Both the position numbers and the translations under genes were made by a program. 34,957 nucleotides of DNA, taken from the sequence record SRR16203515_7935; one strand, given 5' to 3'. Below, piece by piece: positions 28,902-34,957 of this stretch (within the stretch, counting starts at the first letter, position 1; each line of letters starts with the position of its first letter). Below the pieces are notes generated by a model. The model was not told where the DNA came from. It saw only the letters and a list, made by a program, of their open reading frames with translations, and did no database searches.

Positions 28902-29708
28902 TTAACCGTTGTCTTCTAAAACGTTTTGGCGCATAGACTCGCAGGGGTTTTGACAAACCGGACGCCCAACGACCTTGGCAGGTACACCTACCACGGTGAC
29001 ATGGGCTGGCACGTTGTCTAGCACCACGCTACCGGCGCCCACTTTTGAGCCTTCGCCAATTTCAATATTACCTAAAATGGTCGCGCCTGCGCCTACTAAC
29101 ACCCCTTGCCTAATTTTCGGGTGACGATCCCCAGATTCATTACCGGTACCGCCTAAGGTCACGCCTTGCAATATAGAGACATTATTTTCAATAATCGCCG
29201 TTTCTCCCACCACAATACCTGTGGCGTGGTCAAACATAACACCTTTGCCAATGCGCGCCGCCGGGTGTATGTCTACCCCAAAGCTGGCCGAATTTCTGCT
29301 TTGTAAAAACAAGGCAAGCTGATGACGTCCATGCAGCCACAAATAGTGCGCCATGCGATGTACTTGCACGGCATGAAAGCCTTTAAAGTGCAGTAAAGGG
29401 GTAAGATAATCATTAACCGCCGCATCCCTAGCATTGATTGCAAGAATATCAGCAATGGCCGCTTCACTGATGCCCGGTTCCAGCAGGTAGGCTTCGTCGA
29501 ACACTTCCCTAATCGCCAGCGCTGGCATGACATCATCGGCCATTTTGTTTGATAAAACGAAGCTCAATGACGACTCAAAGTTATGGTGCGTTAATACACT
29601 GGCGTGCACATAACTAGATAGCAAGGGTTCGCAATCTGCCACTTTTTGTGCTTCTTGTTTTAACGACGACCAAAAATCGATGGGTGTAGAAAATGCGGTC
29701 ATGGGCAT
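28902..29708 (-). CDS. cysE: Serine O-acetyltransferase
   Basis: Motifs RDAA, FKGFHA, VDIHPAARIG, DHATGIVVGET and TLGGTGNESGDRHPKI. Confidence 0.94.
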   Translation of the reverse strand: MPMTAFSTPIDFWSSLKQEAQKVADCEPLLSSYVHASVLTHHNFESSLSFVLSNKMADDVMPALAIREVFDEAYLLEPGISEAAIADILAINARDAAVNDYLTPLLHFKGFHAVQVHRMAHYLWLHGRHQLALFLQSRNSASFGVDIHPAARIGKGVMFDHATGIVVGETAIIENNVSILQGVTLGGTGNESGDRHPKIRQGVLVGAGATILGNIEIGEGSKVGAGSVVLDNVPAHVTVVGVPAKVVGRPVCQNPCESMRQNVLEDNG

Positions 29709-29952
29709 TACCTATGAAAGCTGAAGAGCATGATGCAGTAATTGAGCTGCTGCAATGGGAATATCTCTGATTTTACCTGAGATCACGGCACATCAACAGG
29801 TAGCCAAGAGCTGCCAAGGGTAATATTAACGCAAATTAACCAATGTCTTGGTTATAACATATTCGATGTGCTGCTATATGTGGTACTTACCCAGCTAGCA
29901 ATGAGAAAAATGCATGTCGTCAAAGACTCCGTTCAAGGCCATAAAAACTGGA

Positions 29953-29968
29953 CTGTATAAATTCACAG
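29953..29968. promoter_or_regulatory. LexA (SOS) box upstream of uvrD
   Basis: CTGTATAAATTCACAG fits CTG-N10-CAG; it lies 55 bp upstream of uvrD and just before an extended -10-like TGGCATAAT. Confidence 0.85.
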
Positions 29969-30023
29969 TCAGCTGGCATAATACCGCGGTTATAAACTTG
30001 CAACGAATTAGGTAACTCACACT

Positions 30024-32195
30024 ATGGATGTATCCAGACTGCTTGACGAACTCAACGACAAACAACGTGAAGCGGTGGCGGCGCCCCTGTCCAATGCCTT
30101 GGTTTTAGCGGGCGCAGGAAGCGGAAAAACCCGCGTACTGGTGCATCGTATTGCCTGGTTGATGGAAGTGGAGAACATTGCCCCCTTCTCTATTTTAGCG
30201 GTTACCTTTACCAATAAAGCCGCCCGTGAAATGCGCGGCCGTATCGAGTCTTTAATGGGTCGCAGTTTGCACACCATGTGGATTGGTACTTTCCATGGTT
30301 TGGCCCACCGGTTGCTTCGCGCCCATCATGCAGAAGCCGGGTTACCGGAGAACTTTCAAATTCTCGACTCTGACGATCAATACCGTCTTATCAAACGCAT
30401 TCTTAAAGCCATGAACCTCGACGAGAAGCACTGGCCGCCTCGTCAAGCGCAGTGGTACATCAACGGTAACAAAGACGAAGGTCTACGCCCTCAGCATATT
30501 GAAACCCACGGCGATCATATTCAGCAAAAAATGCGTGAGATTTATGCTGCCTACCAGGATGCCTGTGACCGGTCTGGATTGGTCGACTTTGCTGAATTAC
30601 TGTTACGCGCCCATGAACTGTGGGCCAAAAACCCCGATGTACTCGCCCACTATCAACGTCGTTTTCGTGCGGTGCTGGTAGACGAATTTCAAGATACCAA
30701 TAACATTCAGTACGCTTGGCTGCGCATGTTATGCAGTGGCGAAAATAATAATATTATGATTGTTGGCGATGATGATCAGTCAATTTACGGGTGGCGAGGG
30801 GCAAACGTCGACAATATTCAGCACTTCTTGAAAGACTTTGAGAGCCCGAATACCGTGCGTCTTGAACAGAATTACCGTTCCACGGGAAATATCTTAAAAG
30901 CGGCCAATACGGTTATCGATAATAATACCGGTCGATTGGGCAAGGAACTGTGGACCGACGGTAGCCAAGGCGAACTTATTTCCGTTTACGCGGGCTTTAA
31001 CGAACTTGATGAAGCCCGCTTTATTGTGTCAAAAATTAAAGATTGGCTGCATCACGGTAATGCCCTTAAAGATGCCGCCATCCTATATCGGAATAACGCA
31101 CAGTCTCGGGTTCTCGAAGAAGCCCTGCTGCATCAGGGTATTGCCTACCGTATCTACGGCGGCTTACGCTTCTTCGAACGCCAAGAAATCAAAGATGCGC
31201 TGGGTTATTTGCGTATGATCAACCACCCCCACGATGACGCGGCTTTTGAACGTGTGGTAAATACACCTAGCCGAGGCATTGGCGAAAAAACCTTATCGCA
31301 AGTGCGTGAAGCGGCTCGCGCCCACAACTGCTCTATGTGGCAAGCTACCCAGTACCTAATCAACGAAAAGTCGCTAAAAGGCCGGGCATTAAATGCCATG
31401 CAAAGTTTTGTCTTACTAATTAGCGAATTAGAGCAGGCCACCACTGACGCCCCCTTAGAGGAACAAGCCGATCTGGCCATTCGCCAATCTGGGTTATACG
31501 CCATGTATAAGGCAGAGCGTGGTGAAAAGGCGCAAGCGCGTCTGGAAAACTTAGAAGAATTAGTCACCGCCTGTAAGCAATTTATTGCGCCGGACGAAGC
31601 AGAAGAAATGACTCCGTTATCGGCATTCCTCGCTCATGCGTCGCTTGAGGCGGGCGAGCAACAAGCCGACAAAGACCAAGATGCGGTACAAATGATGACT
31701 ATTCATACCGCCAAAGGGCTCGAGTTTCCGCTTGTCTTTATGGCAGGGGTTGAGGAAGGCATGTTCCCCAGTCAGATGACGAATGACGAACCGGGTAGAA
31801 TGGAAGAGGAACGTCGTCTATGCTATGTAGGTATGACCCGGGCAATGCAAAAACTTTATATTAGTTATGCAGAAAGTCGTCGGCTGTATGGCCAAGACAA
31901 ATATCACACGGCGTCACGCTTTATTAAGGAAATACCGGCTGATTGTGTAGAAGAGGTTCGACTGAAATCAACAATTTCGCGCCCTGTTCACAACCGATTT
32001 AGTCAGGCAACGTCCCATGCTTCCTTTGAGGAAACCGGCTTTCAACTAGGTCAACGCGTGGTACATAGAAAGTTTGGAGAAGGTATTGTACTGAACTATG
32101 AGGGTAGCGGTGAACACGCCCGGGTTCAGGTTAATTTTGACGAGTTCGGCACCAAGTGGCTGGTACTCGCTTACGCTAAACTGGAGCAGGCGTAA
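30024..32195 (+). CDS. uvrD: DNA helicase II
   Basis: Motifs LAGAGSGKTRVL, VDEFQDTN, GDDDQSIY, HTAKGLEF and EEERRLCYVGMTRA. Confidence 0.98.
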   Translation: MDVSRLLDELNDKQREAVAAPLSNALVLAGAGSGKTRVLVHRIAWLMEVENIAPFSILAVTFTNKAAREMRGRIESLMGRSLHTMWIGTFHGLAHRLLRAHHAEAGLPENFQILDSDDQYRLIKRILKAMNLDEKHWPPRQAQWYINGNKDEGLRPQHIETHGDHIQQKMREIYAAYQDACDRSGLVDFAELLLRAHELWAKNPDVLAHYQRRFRAVLVDEFQDTNNIQYAWLRMLCSGENNNIMIVGDDDQSIYGWRGANVDNIQHFLKDFESPNTVRLEQNYRSTGNILKAANTVIDNNTGRLGKELWTDGSQGELISVYAGFNELDEARFIVSKIKDWLHHGNALKDAAILYRNNAQSRVLEEALLHQGIAYRIYGGLRFFERQEIKDALGYLRMINHPHDDAAFERVVNTPSRGIGEKTLSQVREAARAHNCSMWQATQYLINEKSLKGRALNAMQSFVLLISELEQATTDAPLEEQADLAIRQSGLYAMYKAERGEKAQARLENLEELVTACKQFIAPDEAEEMTPLSAFLAHASLEAGEQQADKDQDAVQMMTIHTAKGLEFPLVFMAGVEEGMFPSQMTNDEPGRMEEERRLCYVGMTRAMQKLYISYAESRRLYGQDKYHTASRFIKEIPADCVEEVRLKSTISRPVHNRFSQATSHASFEETGFQLGQRVVHRKFGEGIVLNYEGSGEHARVQVNFDEFGTKWLVLAYAKLEQA

Positions 32196-32233
32196 CCACC
32201 TTGGCAAGGTAGCCTGCCACCAAGTAGACGTGT

Positions 32234-33499
32234 ATGCAGCAAAATGTGCTGGTAATTGAAAACAACAATGCCAATCTGGATATTGTTGCAAAACTTGTAC
32301 GCAAAGCGGGCTTAGTTCCCATTGGGGCGAGCTCGCTTACTGAAGCGCGGGTACGCTTTTCACATATGGTACCTGAGAGCTTTTTGTGCGCGGTGGTAGC
32401 CCACGTACTTCCCGACGCCCCAAAAGGCGAAGCCATTGACTTCACTATTAACGCCTTTATCCCCACTATCGTCACCACAGAGAACCTTGAAACTGAAACC
32501 AGAGACAAGGTGTTGGCCAAGGATGTGGTGGATTACATCCCCAAAGAGAATGCGCAAAACTACGATTACCTCAACCGGCTTATTAAGCGCCTGGAAAGAA
32601 ATAAAACCATCGGTGTGGTAGTCGTCAGTACTAATCGCAAGTATCGTCGGCATATATCGTCACTGCTGAACCGCCACAACTTTGTGGTGTACGATTGTTT
32701 GTCTGCCCACGCTGCGATGAGCATTCTTGCCCATCATTATCATGTGCGCCTGGTGATTACCGATAACGCCTTACCGGATATGTCTGGCACTCAATTTGTG
32801 GCTAATTTACGTAAGGCCTTCTCTAAAGACCAACTGGCGATTATGGGTATTGCCGATGATCAAGGCGTATTAATGTCGGCGCACTTTATCAAAAGTGGTG
32901 CGAACGACTTTCTACGTCTGCCCATTTATCACGAAGAGTTTTTGTGCCGCGTGATGCAAAATATCGAATATATCGAGAGTGTCGATGCCATTCGGCGCGC
33001 CGCCAATACCGACTATTTAACCGGTTTACCGAACCGACGTCACTTTTTCTATTCTGTGACTGTAGCGCACCAGCAACTGCCCGAGGTGCAGGCACTGGCC
33101 ATTGTCGACCTTGACCACTTTAAGCAGATTAATGATACCTACGGCCACGAGGCCGGTGACTGCGTACTTAAAACAGTGGGCAACTTGCTGGAAAAACATT
33201 TTGAGCATGACATGCTTGCTCGTTTTGGCGGCGAAGAGTTTTGCGTATATTTACCCGCTCACAGCCCGCAACAGGCAGAAAACAAGCTGGAAACCTTTCG
33301 CCTCGCCCTTGCTGCCACGCCCATTGATATTGGCGATACCACCCTTACTGTTACCTGTAGTATTGGTATTAGTGTGGTGCCTGCACAAGATATTGAAGTG
33401 CTCCTTAGGGCCGCTGATCAGCAGTTGTATCACGCCAAAGCCCGCGGTAGAAATCAATTGAGTAGTGACAATACCCAGCCTTTGGCGGCAAGAGGCTAA
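32234..33499 (+). CDS. Diguanylate cyclase with two receiver-like domains
   Basis: REC-like, REC and GGDEF domains (DYLTGLPNRR, DLDHFKQINDTYGH, RFGGEEF). Confidence 0.88.
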   Translation: MQQNVLVIENNNANLDIVAKLVRKAGLVPIGASSLTEARVRFSHMVPESFLCAVVAHVLPDAPKGEAIDFTINAFIPTIVTTENLETETRDKVLAKDVVDYIPKENAQNYDYLNRLIKRLERNKTIGVVVVSTNRKYRRHISSLLNRHNFVVYDCLSAHAAMSILAHHYHVRLVITDNALPDMSGTQFVANLRKAFSKDQLAIMGIADDQGVLMSAHFIKSGANDFLRLPIYHEEFLCRVMQNIEYIESVDAIRRAANTDYLTGLPNRRHFFYSVTVAHQQLPEVQALAIVDLDHFKQINDTYGHEAGDCVLKTVGNLLEKHFEHDMLARFGGEEFCVYLPAHSPQQAENKLETFRLALAATPIDIGDTTLTVTCSIGISVVPAQDIEVLLRAADQQLYHAKARGRNQLSSDNTQPLAARG

Positions 33500-34422
33500 G
33501 TGTTCGCTAGCGCCGCCCGTGCCCGCTTTTGCCGCTTATAGGCCACAAAGGAATCGGCGCTAAACACCAATAAGGCAGCCCATACAAACCCAAAGGTCAC
33601 TAATCGCGCCTCTTCCAAAGGCTCACCGTACAGGTAAACGGCTAACACAAACATCAGAGTGGGGCCTATATACTGAAAGAACCCTAGGGTTGAGTACATA
33701 ATACGCCGCGCCGCCGCGGTAAAGCATAACAATGGTGCTGTAGTCACCACGCCTGCGGCCAGGATAAGTACATTCAGCGTCACGGAATTATTTGTCAGCT
33801 GGCTGTATTCAGAGCCAAAGAAAATCCAATATCCCAGCGCGAGGGGCGACAACATCAAGGTTTCAATGAATAGCCCCGGCAGCGAGTCTACTGCCACCCG
33901 CTTTCTCAAAAGCCCATACACGCTAAAGCTACCGGCTAGTACCAACGCAATCCAGGGAACATGGCCATAAGAGAAGATTAAAATAGCAACCCCAACAACG
34001 GCAAGCACCACGGCCACTTTTTGAAACTGACGCAGGCGTTCGCCCAAAAATAAGCGCCCTAAGAACACATTAATAAGGGGGTTGATGTAATAACCTAGAC
34101 TGGCATCAAGAATATGATTATTGTTGATGGCCCAAATAAACAATAGCCAATTGGCACCTAATAACAGCCCGGCCACAAACAAGATTTGCATCACCTTACG
34201 ATTGCGTAATGCAGCTGTTACCTTATCCCATTGTTTTAGCCCAGCAATTAATAGCGCCAGCAGCAATACCGACCAGATCACCCGGTGCATTAAAATTTCC
34301 GCCGCCGGAATAATCATCAACTGTTTGAAATAGAGTGGGGCTACCCCCCACATACTATAGGCTGCTATGGCACACAAAATGCCCACTTTGGCATCTGCGC
34401 GTTGACGTTCAGTGTGTGACAC
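33496..34422 (-). CDS. rarD: EamA/DMT-family transporter RarD
   Basis: Motifs AYSMWGVAPLYFK, ASLGYYINPL and LGFFQYIGP. Confidence 0.9.
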   Translation of the reverse strand: MSHTERQRADAKVGILCAIAAYSMWGVAPLYFKQLMIIPAAEILMHRVIWSVLLLALLIAGLKQWDKVTAALRNRKVMQILFVAGLLLGANWLLFIWAINNNHILDASLGYYINPLINVFLGRLFLGERLRQFQKVAVVLAVVGVAILIFSYGHVPWIALVLAGSFSVYGLLRKRVAVDSLPGLFIETLMLSPLALGYWIFFGSEYSQLTNNSVTLNVLILAAGVVTTAPLLCFTAAARRIMYSTLGFFQYIGPTLMFVLAVYLYGEPLEEARLVTFGFVWAALLVFSADSFVAYKRQKRARAALANT

Positions 34423-34496
34423 CAGATTCTCCTAACCAGCCGTAAGGCTAACAATAAAGGGGACGAACTGGGCGTAATAACCCTACCGCCCAGACA

Positions 34497-34957
34497 CTAG
34501 AGTAAAAACAACGAGCCCAGCCCTAAGAAGGCAACAAAGCCGACAATATCGGTGACTGTGGTCAATATCACCGAGCCTGATAGCGCCGGATCTATTTTCA
34601 GTTTATCTAAAATGACTGGCACAAATACCCCAGCCAACGCCGCCGCAACAATATTAAATAGAATAGCCAAACATATCACCACACCCAGCATGACATCGGT
34701 AAACCAGAAGTAAGCAACCACTCCGATAACTAACGCCCAGATAACCCCATTAACGCCCCCGACTTTCAACTCTTTGAGCATAAGCGCGCGCATATTGGCT
34801 GGGGTAACCTGACCTAATGCCAGCCCCCTTACAATCAAGGTCAGAGTTTGACTACCGGCGATGCCGCCCATGCTGGCCACCACTGGCATTAATACCGCTA
34901 ACGCCACTACCTGCTGTAGCGTGGCTTCAAACAAGCCAATAAACCACGAGGCTAAAA
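34497..34957 (-). CDS. mgtE: Magnesium transporter MgtE, C-terminal part (5' end lies outside the window)
   Basis: Motifs LAVLMPVVASMGGIAGSQ and DPALSGSVILTTVTD; the frame stays open to the window edge. Confidence 0.88.
   Translation of the reverse strand, partial: LASWFIGLFEATLQQVVALAVLMPVVASMGGIAGSQTLTLIVRGLALGQVTPANMRALMLKELKVGGVNGVIWALVIGVVAYFWFTDVMLGVVICLAILFNIVAAALAGVFVPVILDKLKIDPALSGSVILTTVTDIVGFVAFLGLGSLFLL

Noticed and set aside
890-34333. Numerous 60-120 aa ORFs antisense to or overlapping the assigned genes
   Set aside because: They are shadow ORFs of well-supported genes and carry no recognisable motifs.

Overview
Gammaproteobacterial chromosomal segment. Gene content and order suggest a marine Alteromonas-like organism, which is an inference. 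The window is mostly housekeeping genes, in this order: a galactose cluster (partial SglT-type symporter, galK, galT, galM, galR; no galE), an alpha/beta-fold lipoprotein, a YajR-type MFS transporter with a premature stop, uvrA, a YegD-like Hsp70, an HUH/Y1 RAYT-like transposase, a thioesterase, a 2OG-Fe(II) oxygenase, DUF3299, ppa, fbp, mpl-ubiX-S1/P1 nuclease, rraA, a PAP2 phosphatase plus glycosyltransferase, lipoprotein-lysA-dapF-DUF484-xerC-HAD hydrolase, cysE, uvrD, a diguanylate cyclase, rarD and partial mgtE. The most unusual signal is non-coding. An 8-9 bp motif (GACACCCA(C/T) / (A/G)TGGGTGTC) forms four intergenic clusters at about 11.45-11.67, 14.40-14.66, 21.98-22.10 and 28.57-28.90 kb, one of them directly upstream of the RAYT-like gene. 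The clusters contain inverted pairs with near-constant 17-18 nt loops and local tandem duplications. One also holds an apparent foreign gene fragment (class-V aminotransferase/cysteine desulfurase C-terminus) bracketed by 22-bp motif-containing direct repeats. Together these suggest a non-GTAG HUH nuclease/short-repeat system that may duplicate and capture DNA. Other notable elements are a GATC-rich DnaA-box/IHF-site cluster (DARS/datA-like) and a Pho-box-like array upstream of the PAP2-glycosyltransferase pair.
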